A DNA stretch of 32,000 nucleotides from an uncultured Fastidiosipila sp. Lineage in GTDB: Bacteria > Bacillota > Clostridia > Saccharofermentanales > Fastidiosipilaceae. Made by a program: the position numbers and the translations under genes. The notes beneath the pieces are model-generated. The model was not told where the DNA came from and did no database searches. It was given only the letters and a program-made list of their open reading frames with translations. The DNA is taken from positions 1-32,000 of the forward strand of contig CALLQJ010000350.1 of the NCBI GenBank assembly GCA_938014865.1. The letters run 5' to 3'. Every line of letters begins with the position of its first letter. The first letter of the stretch is position 1. Below, in pieces: positions 7,953 through 16,149 of this stretch.

Positions 7953-8840
7953 TCAAGCCGCAAAATCACGAGTATTAATTGTACGGTTGACAATTAATGT
8001 AACTGCAAGCGACATAATCAAAAGAACAACAGAAATCGCACTCGCATAGCCATATTTGAAATAGGAGAACCCTTGGAAATAAAGCCATGTTGCAAGAGTA
8101 TGCGTTTTGTTATTCGGGCCACCTTGTGTCATGTTATAGACCAAATCAAAAAATTTAAGAGAACCTATGCAGGTTAATGAAATTGTGGTCTTCATCATAG
8201 GCTTCAGCAAGGGTAAGGTAACATGAAAGAATGTCTGACGCTTATTAGCTCCATCAATATGTGCCGCCTCAAACAAAGTATTATCTATACCGGCAATACC
8301 GGCCATATAAAGCATCATTGTAGTACCCACATATATCCATAAAGCAACGATGCCGATCACCCACATGGTCAGTGGAATGAAGCCCTGAACATCCATCAAC
8401 CAATTTTTACCTTCAATTCCAAAGACTGCAAGCAATTGATTCAACCCCATATTAGGTTTTAAAAGGAAGCTGAACAAAAGCCCGAGAGCCGCCGACGACA
8501 GTACACAGGGCAGATAAAAGATATTCTTATATGTATTTCGACCGTGCTTTAAATTACTCAAAACAACAGCAAGCAAAAGCCCTGCGATCTGCTGAGTAAT
8601 TAATGAAAATACCATAAAGAAAATCGAGTTTTTCAGAGCAATTTTAAATATTTTATCTTTCGTAAACAGATCTACAAAATTTTGGAAACCAATAAATACA
8701 GGCGAAGTTAAAGCATTCCAATCACATAAAGAAATATACAGGGCATACAAGATAGGTAGAAATAATACTAAAGTAAATAAAATCCCTGCAGGCAACACAA
8801 AAAACGCTATCGCCTTTTTGTCTCTTAAAAGCTTATCCAT
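7953..8840 (-). CDS. Carbohydrate ABC transporter permease (MalF-like)
   Basis: Polytopic membrane protein with the EAA loop 'EAAHIDGANKRQTFFHVTLPLLKP'. The start is set to ATG 8840 ('MDKLLRDKKAIAFFVLPAG'), with GGAAGGTG upstream. Confidence 0.88.
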   Translation of the reverse strand: MDKLLRDKKAIAFFVLPAGILFTLVLFLPILYALYISLCDWNALTSPVFIGFQNFVDLFTKDKIFKIALKNSIFFMVFSLITQQIAGLLLAVVLSNLKHGRNTYKNIFYLPCVLSSAALGLLFSFLLKPNMGLNQLLAVFGIEGKNWLMDVQGFIPLTMWVIGIVALWIYVGTTMMLYMAGIAGIDNTLFEAAHIDGANKRQTFFHVTLPLLKPMMKTTISLTCIGSLKFFDLVYNMTQGGPNNKTHTLATWLYFQGFSYFKYGYASAISVVLLIMSLAVTLIVNRTINTRDFAA

Positions 8841-8937
8841 ACAGCACCTTCCAATTAAAAGAGGACGCTCGCAATTATTACGGCGTCCCCTTGCGTTCAT
8901 CTATCTAAAATCATTGACTCAGAACGCTCCGTCAGAA

Positions 8938-10287
8938 TTATTTCCAAACATTTTCTGCATAGAAATCTTCAACTTCTTGTAAACCTTCATCAATTGTTGA
9001 ATCTTCCATGACAATGGATACCATATTGTTGTCAAAAACATCGCCCGCTTCTACTGAAGCAAGAGATTCATTATAGAATCCGATAGTACCTTCTAAATTC
9101 TCGAGCAGATCCATTACATATCCAAGTTGTTTAGGAGCTTTTTCCAGATCAATATCTACTGTTGTCACCGGAATTTTACCTGCAATTTCTGCAGTTGCTT
9201 TCTGAGCGGTTTCATCTGTCATCATCTTTGTAAAAGCAATACATGCTTCAGGATTCTCTGTAGTTGCAGACAGCAGAAGATTATCAGTTTTAACAATCAT
9301 ATCCCCGACTGAACCGTCATGAGTGGGGAATGAAAAGACACCACACTTATCCTCGATAGTGTCAGAATTACCGTTCATCTGCGCTATAACCCAAGAACCT
9401 TGAACGAGCATAGCTGCTTCCTCATTATAAAAGTGCGCTGTTGCATCGTCATTTGAGTCTCCCAAGAATGTGGGCTGGAAATGTTGAGATAAGGTTTTCA
9501 AATCTTCCGCACCTTGCTTGCAGCGCTCGTCCGTCCAATGCATTTCACCTTCGTTTAACGCATCTGTATCAACACCGTTTCGATTCATACAATAGCTGGC
9601 TATCATCGAAAGACACCAGGCGGTAGAAGCTGAGTTCGTAATGGGCGTTATACCAGCTTTTTCCAGCTGTTCGCAAGCCTCTAAAAAGCCTTCCCAAGTC
9701 GCAGGGACTTCATCAATTCCTGCTTTTTCAAATAACTCCGTATTATAAAAACAGCATGCTGCAGCAAAGTTTGTAGGTATTCCGTAAATATCATCACCAT
9801 ACGTAACTCTGTCAAACATACCGCCGGCAAACGAATCTTTCCATTCAGGATCCGCATCTAAGTACTGATTTAAAGGCTGAACCGTATCCGATTCAACATA
9901 AACATCCGCATTCGGACCGGGATTGCAAGTTAAGATATCGGGTGTTTGCCCGGCCGCAACCAGCGCATTAACCTTTGAGTCATACTCTTCCAAATTTGTT
10001 GTTACAACATTTAAATGATATTTGTCTTTATACGTTTCATTAAAACGATCGACTGTATCGGCGTAGCATTGAGTCATCAAATCTGAACTAGCCTCAAGAT
10101 CATCCCAAAAAGCCCAGGTAATATTTACAGCGTTTCCGGAATCAGTATCTTTACCACCATCATCGACATTCTCTTGCTCTTTCGTTGTTTTTTTGTTTGT
10201 GCCATCGTCAGTCGACACATTACAAGCGCTTAAAAGCGGCAAGACCATTGCAGAAGCAATCAAAATTGATAGCAATTTCCTTTTCAT
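8938..10287 (-). CDS. Extracellular solute-binding lipoprotein (family 1 sugar ABC binding protein)
   Basis: 449 aa with signal peptide plus lipobox 'LPLLSAC'. A low-complexity linker is followed by a typical sugar-SBP body. RBS TAGGAGGGA precedes ATG 10287. It is the first gene of the SBP-permease-permease-VOC operon. No ATPase gene is present, as is usual when a shared MsmK-type ATPase is used. Confidence 0.85.
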   Translation of the reverse strand: MKRKLLSILIASAMVLPLLSACNVSTDDGTNKKTTKEQENVDDGGKDTDSGNAVNITWAFWDDLEASSDLMTQCYADTVDRFNETYKDKYHLNVVTTNLEEYDSKVNALVAAGQTPDILTCNPGPNADVYVESDTVQPLNQYLDADPEWKDSFAGGMFDRVTYGDDIYGIPTNFAAACCFYNTELFEKAGIDEVPATWEGFLEACEQLEKAGITPITNSASTAWCLSMIASYCMNRNGVDTDALNEGEMHWTDERCKQGAEDLKTLSQHFQPTFLGDSNDDATAHFYNEEAAMLVQGSWVIAQMNGNSDTIEDKCGVFSFPTHDGSVGDMIVKTDNLLLSATTENPEACIAFTKMMTDETAQKATAEIAGKIPVTTVDIDLEKAPKQLGYVMDLLENLEGTIGFYNESLASVEAGDVFDNNMVSIVMEDSTIDEGLQEVEDFYAENVWK

Positions 10288-10421
10288 TTTTCCCTCCTAT
10301 ATGATTGTTCTGCTTCTAAAGCAGATAATTAATTACATATTCAATATAGATCTAACAGCGGCCTGTTACTCATCAGTTTTTGCTGAATGGATTGCATAAA
10401 TTGTCATTTTATAATTATCAA

Positions 10422-10443
10422 TTATTGTCATTTAAGACAATAA
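10422..10443. promoter_or_regulatory. 22-bp palindrome, candidate operator upstream of the ABC operon
   Basis: TTATTGTC-atttaa-GACAATAA: perfect 8-bp arms with a 6-bp spacer, about 135 bp upstream of the SBP start. The half-site core TTGTCATTT recurs at 10401-10409, and related TGTCAT copies are at about 10477 and about 10530. Confidence 0.3.
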
Positions 10444-10646
10444 AATGTGATTTTAATGTATCTTAAATAGTCTACATGTCATTTTTTATTTATTAAGATA
10501 TAATCAATTCTGCATTTATAAAGAATCTTTGTCATGATTCTCTTTATCATTAGGATTATTTTCGCAATATCTGAAGAATGCCTATAATCATAGAAACGCT
10601 ACTTTATTTACAAAAACAATAAGGATATATTTTTATCTCAAGTCTC

Positions 10647-10682
10647 AAAAAAGCTGCCCCGAACTTCTCTGTCCGAGGCAGC
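10647..10682 (-). terminator. Rho-independent terminator after the PL8 lyase gene
   Basis: The minus strand reads gctgcctcg-gacagagaagtt-cggggcagc followed by tttttt. The plus-strand arms are 10653-10661 and 10674-10682, with an A-run at 10647-10652. Confidence 0.7.
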
Positions 10683-10763
10683 CTTCTGTTTTGCTCAGTC
10701 TCTGCAAGTTACGCTTAAAGGATCAATACTCTTAATCCCTGCCTTGCTTTCTTTCACTGAGAA

Positions 10764-13700
10764 CTATTGCTCATCTTCCCGTCTTCTGCGCTTGAGGACG
10801 ATTACGGCAAGGAGCAAGGCACTCAGCAAGAAAGCACTTCCGGCAATATACATTCGATTGTTTTCGCCTGTCTTGCCCGGCGCATCTTTTTCTGTCGGCT
10901 TGCTGCTCTCTGCCGGCTTCGTCTCCGTGGTGTCAGAATCCTGACTCGTCGCAGCCGATGCTTTCACCGTAAATCTCAGCTTCAGGACACCGGCCTCTAC
11001 GTCATCGCCTCGTTTGAACTTCAGTTCAAGCGTGTTTTCTCCGAGCGGCAATTTTTCCAAAGCCGCCGGAAGCAGAGTCAGAATCGTGCTGCCTTCTTCA
11101 AGGCGATACGCGTCGCTTTCCAAAGGCTCACCGGCTCTGAAGATAATCTCTCCGTTCAGCTTAATGCTGAGCAAATCTTCAATTTCGCCGTTTGCTTTGA
11201 AGACCAAGCCTTCAGCAGATCCTTTGAGCCATGTAATCCCTGTGGGTTCTTCTATGGGGCGGTCTGAATCCTCAATACGTTCATCCAGCCACGTAAGATC
11301 CTCAATTGACGCAGATGGTGTCGTCGGCGTCACGGGTTCGCTCGGCTCTGTGGGCTCTGTTGTTTCGGAAGGCTCCGTGGGTTCTTCCGGATCCGTGGGT
11401 TCTGTCGGCTCCTCGGACTCTGTGGGTTCTGTAGTTTCCGTAGGCTCTGTCGGTTCTTCTGTCTCGCCGACATAGCGTAAGCTCGCCTGTGATGTAATAT
11501 CCTTCAGGCCTTTGCTCGGAACAAAGGAAGCCTCGTAATCATCGGACAAGGTAAGATTTGCCTCGCCGATATCCTGATGGCCGGCCGGATCCACATAAGA
11601 GATTTCAAAAGACGCATCGTCCTTCTCTTTGATCGTATAAATACCGGCCGAATGAAGACTCACGTCCTCGTTCAGAACAAAGTCTTCCGCATCGTATTTC
11701 ACGATGCCCCAGGCCTTCGTTTCGGCATCATAGACTGCCTGGACGGAGGCATCATTGCGCAGAACTTCCAAGGTCTGATTTTCCGCACGCTGCCGGAATT
11801 CATCCCGGCTGTGATTCGGATAGAGCACATAGGCATAGCTCTGCTTTTCCGCATCATGAGCCTGCGAGACGGTAATATAATCTTCATTTACCGGCGCATC
11901 GGACTGGCCGTAGTTGATGGTCGACCAGGAGGATACACGGTTTTCATACTTGATCTTAAGATCCGTATCTTCCAGGAAGGCATAGCCGATATTCAGCTTT
12001 CTCTCAGGACCTTCCAGGAAAATAGTCTCCGCCTGAGCGATCGTGCTTTCGCCCGAACCTTTCGTCAGAGGATAGGCAGCGCCGTTCACGTAAAGATCGT
12101 ACGCCACATCAGAAACCTTGCGATTTTCAATGGTCGTCCGGATCGCTTGTCCTTCCGGACCCGTGATCTCACCGCCTAAGAAAACAATCTTATCGCCGAA
12201 GACGAACCAGGCTTTTTTGGCTGTAAGTTTTTCATTCCAGTTTGTAAAGTCCATCGCCACGGCCGCCTGATCCTGCGCGATTTTTGTCATCCCAACAAAA
12301 GCACTCGGCAGATTGGTCTCGCCGGAGCCGTCGGCCCTGGGTTCAAGCAAGACCGTTGTACCGGGGAAAGAATAAGGATCCACTGTCGGGCGATAGTCTC
12401 CGGAATAATGGCCTAAGTCGCCGTTATAGAGATAGAACATCCCGTCGCCTTCATACCAGCCCTGACGATTCTCGTCATTCATATCTTCATAGTTCTGGGT
12501 CTCATCGGAATACATGCTGATGCCGACAGCAAAGTCACGCTCGGCATTAAAGTAAACAAACTTATCCATGGAGTTATAAAGCTTGATATAGCTGTCTCTT
12601 GAAACGCCTTGAATCGTGTCGTCTTCGAGCAAATCTTTCATGGCTCTGAAGTCACTGTAGCCTTTAAGGTTCTTCAGGATGTCAAAATAACTGTCTTCCG
12701 CAACCTGGCTTTTGATGATTTCCTTCATGGCAATTTGTCTCGGATCATTGCCGTCTCCCATATTCGCAATACGCAAGCCCGGCCGGAAGACCTTAACTTG
12801 TTTGTCATGCGGCTGTTCTTTCACCCGGGATTTTGAACGTCCGCGCGTCATATCCATAAATTCGCCTTTATACATAAGCGGGAAATACGCGTCCCGGAAC
12901 CAGAAATAGACAATGTCCAAATCACTTTCATCCCAGGGGTTATCACTCATCTGAATGATCGGAACCACCTTGCTCAGTCCTTCGATAAGGACCAGGCCGT
13001 AGGCGCCGTTATACGCAACCGGCTTATTGTTTTTGCCGCCGTGATCCAGATAAGAACCGTCCGGATAAAAGCCGTTTCCTGATGTAACGAGCGGCAGGAC
13101 ATCCGCAATCGCTTCGGAAGCTTCTTTCATCTGCGCACTGTCTTCGCGCAGTACGCCCGTGATCAGTTTCACCTTGCCGATATCCACCTGATTGGCACCG
13201 TAGATACGATTTACGCGCGGTCCCTGAATCGTTGCCTGGCTGTAGCCGGGATCGGGAACATAATAGTTAATTGCATCCGTCAGCTGATCGACTTCTTCAT
13301 CCGTAAAGAAAGGATAAATGAAGCAGAGCAGGTTGTTGATGTGACGAGTTGCGCCGATCTCATAATTCCACCAGTTGCCGGTAACGGGCAAGCCTCTGTG
13401 GTAGTGCTGCTCGCAGAGCCATCTGAGATTATCTTTGATAAAGCGGATTGCTTCTATATCCATGTAATAGGCCGAATGCGGATTGCTGATGGCTTTGGCC
13501 ATTTCTTCCAAACGCAGGAAGCCGTAGCGAATACTTACGGAATATGCACGATCCGGCACCCCTTCAAAGGGATAGTCTTCCCAGATATACGTTCTCGCAG
13601 GATCCATGTCGGCCGTCGCCATGTAATTTGCAACGTTCTGTTCAAAGCGCTCAAAGTTTTCGCGCATTTGGGCTTCTGTCGGGTCATAGGCTGCATTGCC

Positions 13701-15941
13701 CGCCTGAATGTAGGCCCAGTGCTCACGCATGCGGTCAAAATTATTCTCGTCGTGCTTTTGTACCGTCAGCTCAAAGCTGTGGACTTCTTCATTGTCTTCG
13801 TTTGTCACATAAACTTTTGTGCTGCCCGGTGCCAGAGGCACGATAAAGCCCCGGTCATTGCGGGCGACGGACTCATCTTCCACCGTATACTTATGATTGC
13901 GCATATGCGGCACGTGAATCTTGTTCGTCGCCAGGATCATATCTTCTTCGGGCGTCTGATCAATGATAAAGGTCTCTTCTGCCGGCTCTTCCTCTTCTTC
14001 AACAGGCGGTCCGAAATAGATGCTGTCAAAATAAACCGCACCCGTCGTCCCGTTTCCGGAGGTATCCGTAAAGAGAATGACCCGGGCAGCCTTGCATTCG
14101 GCGGGAACATCACTTGCCGGAATATCGATCGTGTAAGTTTCCCAGTCGCTTGTCCCGCGCTTGCTTGAAGATTCAAGATAGCTTATCTGCTGACCGTTCT
14201 CATCAAACCAGGTCACTCGGCCGCGCGTCCCGCTGCCGCCTGTGATCTCTTGGGTTTTCATATCGAAGCGGAACTGATAGTCCGTCTCGGAATCAGGCAG
14301 TGCAAAATCCTGATCGATGGCTGCTCGGAGCGGCTTGTCGCCGTCTGATTTTATTTCCAGAATCTTATTGCCGCTGCCGTCATCAATGACCTGCAGTGCA
14401 TAGTCCGTATCCTGCCCCTTGGGGATCCAGGTTTTCGACCACAAAGCCGGAGCAGGCCCGGTGTAGCCGTCTTCAATCGCCCCCGGAACCGTCTCTTCAA
14501 AGCCCGGATTCAGCACAAGATTGTTCTCCGTAATGGTTTCAGAAGCCCCGGTCAGATCAATATAAGGAGCGCCGAAGTAAATCGAATCAAAATAGCTCTG
14601 TCCCGTAGCGCCTCTGCCGGAATCGTCGCTGATCAGCTGAATTCTTGCATAGGCTGCTGTTTCCGGAATATCCACGGGGAAAACAATTTCTTTCCAATCC
14701 GTGGTCCCCTTTGTGGTATCGGTCTGGACCTTCATAAGGACTTGATTCTCTTGGTCAAAGACTGTAACACGTGCTCTCGGACCGACCCCTAAAACGTCAA
14801 CCGTCTTGAGACCGAAGCGCAAAACATGCTCGGTCCCCGGATTTAAAATCTCCACATCCTGGCCTAAGAATAAACGCACCGGCGTCTCCTCATCCTGAGA
14901 GGCCATACGCAGAATATTATTCGATCCGCTGCCGTCATCGATAAGATCAAAGAGGTAATCACTCTCGGCACCTACCGGGACCCAGGTATTTGTCCACAAA
15001 TCCGGCATTTGCTCGCCGGTAAAAGGCGGCTCGGCACTTTTGCCGAGTTCAAAGCCCGGATTCTTCAATAAGTTGCTTTCGGGCGAAATTTCCGAAGGCG
15101 CACCACTTAAATCAATCTCCGTTTCACCCGTATCCGGCTCTTCAGGATCCTCCGGCTGAACGGGTTCCGTATACTCTGTCACCGGCGCAATAATGGCATC
15201 GTCAAACCAGACCGTTCCCGTTGTGCCTTCGCTTCTGTTATTATTCGCCAGCTGGAATCTCAAGCCCTGCGCCTCTTCCGGAACACTGATCACTTTTGTT
15301 ACACGCTGCCAGCCGTTCGTTTCGGAAATATAATCGCTTTGGATCATGTTGTCCGGCTTGGCCAGTTTAAAATCAGCGGAACGCTGCACGGGATCGCTGT
15401 ACCAGGTCAATCTGGCAAAAGCCCCGGTCTCTCCGTTCAGCTCTTCCGTTTTAAGTTCATAACTCAAAACGAGCTCTACGGAAGGATCGGGGATTTCGAT
15501 ATCCTGCCCGATAAATAAACGCACGGGCGTGTCGGCATCCTGTGACGCCATCTCAAGGATATGATTGGATCCGCTCCCGTCATCAATCACTTGGAAGGAA
15601 TAATCTGTCCCCTTCCCGACGGGCCTCCAGCTGTTTGTCCAATCTTTCGGCTGTAAATCACCTTGGAAATTATTGCCGCTTACCGCCTCTGTTTCTTCAA
15701 AACCCGGATTCTTCACCAAGTTTCTGCTTCTGAGAATCTCCAAAGCCGCCTCATCAATATGACTCGGATCTACGGCTTCGAAGTTCTGACCTTCTTGCCT
15801 TGAAAGCTGCGTTCGCTCTTTTGCCATCAGCTGCTTGGCCGGTCTGATCCCCGGGCTCGGCAGCAGAATCTGAGCCAAAAAGCCCAGACTCAGTACTGAC
15901 GTTATCGCAGCTTTGCAAACGCTCTTTTTGCGTAAATGCAT
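10764..15941 (-). CDS. Cell-wall-anchored multidomain polysaccharide lyase, family PL8 (hyaluronate/chondroitin-AC/xanthan lyase type)
   Basis: 1725 aa with an N-terminal signal peptide, three tandem CBM-like modules and a Big_2-like segment. The PL8 catalytic core carries hallmark strings 'NWWNYEIGATRHINNLL', 'FYPDGSYLDHG...AYNGAYGLVL' and 'RGRSKS'. These are followed by a (T/E)EPT linker, a C-terminal beta domain, and 'PGKTGE' plus a hydrophobic stretch plus 'KRRRRE'. RBS AGGAGG precedes ATG 15941. Confidence 0.85.
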   Translation of the reverse strand: MHLRKKSVCKAAITSVLSLGFLAQILLPSPGIRPAKQLMAKERTQLSRQEGQNFEAVDPSHIDEAALEILRSRNLVKNPGFEETEAVSGNNFQGDLQPKDWTNSWRPVGKGTDYSFQVIDDGSGSNHILEMASQDADTPVRLFIGQDIEIPDPSVELVLSYELKTEELNGETGAFARLTWYSDPVQRSADFKLAKPDNMIQSDYISETNGWQRVTKVISVPEEAQGLRFQLANNNRSEGTTGTVWFDDAIIAPVTEYTEPVQPEDPEEPDTGETEIDLSGAPSEISPESNLLKNPGFELGKSAEPPFTGEQMPDLWTNTWVPVGAESDYLFDLIDDGSGSNNILRMASQDEETPVRLFLGQDVEILNPGTEHVLRFGLKTVDVLGVGPRARVTVFDQENQVLMKVQTDTTKGTTDWKEIVFPVDIPETAAYARIQLISDDSGRGATGQSYFDSIYFGAPYIDLTGASETITENNLVLNPGFEETVPGAIEDGYTGPAPALWSKTWIPKGQDTDYALQVIDDGSGNKILEIKSDGDKPLRAAIDQDFALPDSETDYQFRFDMKTQEITGGSGTRGRVTWFDENGQQISYLESSSKRGTSDWETYTIDIPASDVPAECKAARVILFTDTSGNGTTGAVYFDSIYFGPPVEEEEEPAEETFIIDQTPEEDMILATNKIHVPHMRNHKYTVEDESVARNDRGFIVPLAPGSTKVYVTNEDNEEVHSFELTVQKHDENNFDRMREHWAYIQAGNAAYDPTEAQMRENFERFEQNVANYMATADMDPARTYIWEDYPFEGVPDRAYSVSIRYGFLRLEEMAKAISNPHSAYYMDIEAIRFIKDNLRWLCEQHYHRGLPVTGNWWNYEIGATRHINNLLCFIYPFFTDEEVDQLTDAINYYVPDPGYSQATIQGPRVNRIYGANQVDIGKVKLITGVLREDSAQMKEASEAIADVLPLVTSGNGFYPDGSYLDHGGKNNKPVAYNGAYGLVLIEGLSKVVPIIQMSDNPWDESDLDIVYFWFRDAYFPLMYKGEFMDMTRGRSKSRVKEQPHDKQVKVFRPGLRIANMGDGNDPRQIAMKEIIKSQVAEDSYFDILKNLKGYSDFRAMKDLLEDDTIQGVSRDSYIKLYNSMDKFVYFNAERDFAVGISMYSDETQNYEDMNDENRQGWYEGDGMFYLYNGDLGHYSGDYRPTVDPYSFPGTTVLLEPRADGSGETNLPSAFVGMTKIAQDQAAVAMDFTNWNEKLTAKKAWFVFGDKIVFLGGEITGPEGQAIRTTIENRKVSDVAYDLYVNGAAYPLTKGSGESTIAQAETIFLEGPERKLNIGYAFLEDTDLKIKYENRVSSWSTINYGQSDAPVNEDYITVSQAHDAEKQSYAYVLYPNHSRDEFRQRAENQTLEVLRNDASVQAVYDAETKAWGIVKYDAEDFVLNEDVSLHSAGIYTIKEKDDASFEISYVDPAGHQDIGEANLTLSDDYEASFVPSKGLKDITSQASLRYVGETEEPTEPTETTEPTESEEPTEPTDPEEPTEPSETTEPTEPSEPVTPTTPSASIEDLTWLDERIEDSDRPIEEPTGITWLKGSAEGLVFKANGEIEDLLSIKLNGEIIFRAGEPLESDAYRLEEGSTILTLLPAALEKLPLGENTLELKFKRGDDVEAGVLKLRFTVKASAATSQDSDTTETKPAESSKPTEKDAPGKTGENNRMYIAGSAFLLSALLLAVIVLKRRRREDEQ
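11318..11466 (-). repeat. In-frame Pro/Thr/Glu-rich tandem repeat (linker) within the PL8 gene
   Basis: The DNA is a degenerate gggttc/ggctc(t/c)gt(g/c)gg periodic tract. It encodes 'ETEEPTEPTETTEPTESEEPTEPTDPEEPTEPSETTEPTEPSEPVTPTTP'. Confidence 0.85.
14010..15722 (-). repeat. Three tandem ~180-210-aa CBM-like (CBM4/9/22-type) modules inside the PL8 gene
   Basis: Each module opens with 'N-L-(V/L)-x-NPGFE' (nt about 15722, about 15076 and about 14527). Each also repeats 'W(T/S)(N/K)(S/T)W(R/V/I)P(V/K)G...DY.F..IDDGSG(S)N.IL.(M/I)...PVRL..GQD' and ends in 'G(T/A)(T/V).FD(D/S)(A/I)'. Confidence 0.65.
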
Positions 15942-16003
15942 TCTCTACCTCCTCTGATTAGCATGGCAGCATTTTGCACAAATATTCTATACCAGATTAC
16001 CTT

Positions 16004-16026
16004 CTTATATATATTTTGTATATAAG
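16004..16026. promoter_or_regulatory. AT-rich inverted repeat in the PL8 promoter region
   Basis: CTTATATA-tattttg-TATATAAG: perfect 8-bp arms, 63-85 bp upstream of the PL8 ATG (15941). It overlaps -10-like TATA strings on the minus strand. Confidence 0.25.
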
Positions 16027-16149
16027 CCGTCTTTTTTGCATGTGCAGCTGTTGGAAGGAAGAGATTTTTTTGGCATAAAATTATGCATATTAATAGAGCG
16101 GAGGATGTTCCGCTGATAAAACCGCAATATCACAGCATTTCTCTGCTTA

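Noticed and set aside
11318-11466. Short periodic DNA repeat that could be mistaken for a CRISPR-like or VNTR array
   Set aside because: It is in frame inside the PL8 gene and encodes a Pro/Thr/Glu linker. The units are degenerate, 9-18 nt long, and have no spacers.
13341-14168. 275-aa plus-strand ORF, plus similar ones at 11577-12179, 11014-11475 and 10767-11267
   Set aside because: All are antisense shadows inside the 1725-aa PL8 gene. The PL8 reading frame carries clear family motifs along its whole length.
16097-16114. Hairpin agcgga-ggatgt-tccgct downstream of the cytoplasmic GH32 gene, as a possible operon terminator
   Set aside because: The stem is only 6 bp, and there is no convincing T-run on the minus strand. 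I could not support calling it a terminator.
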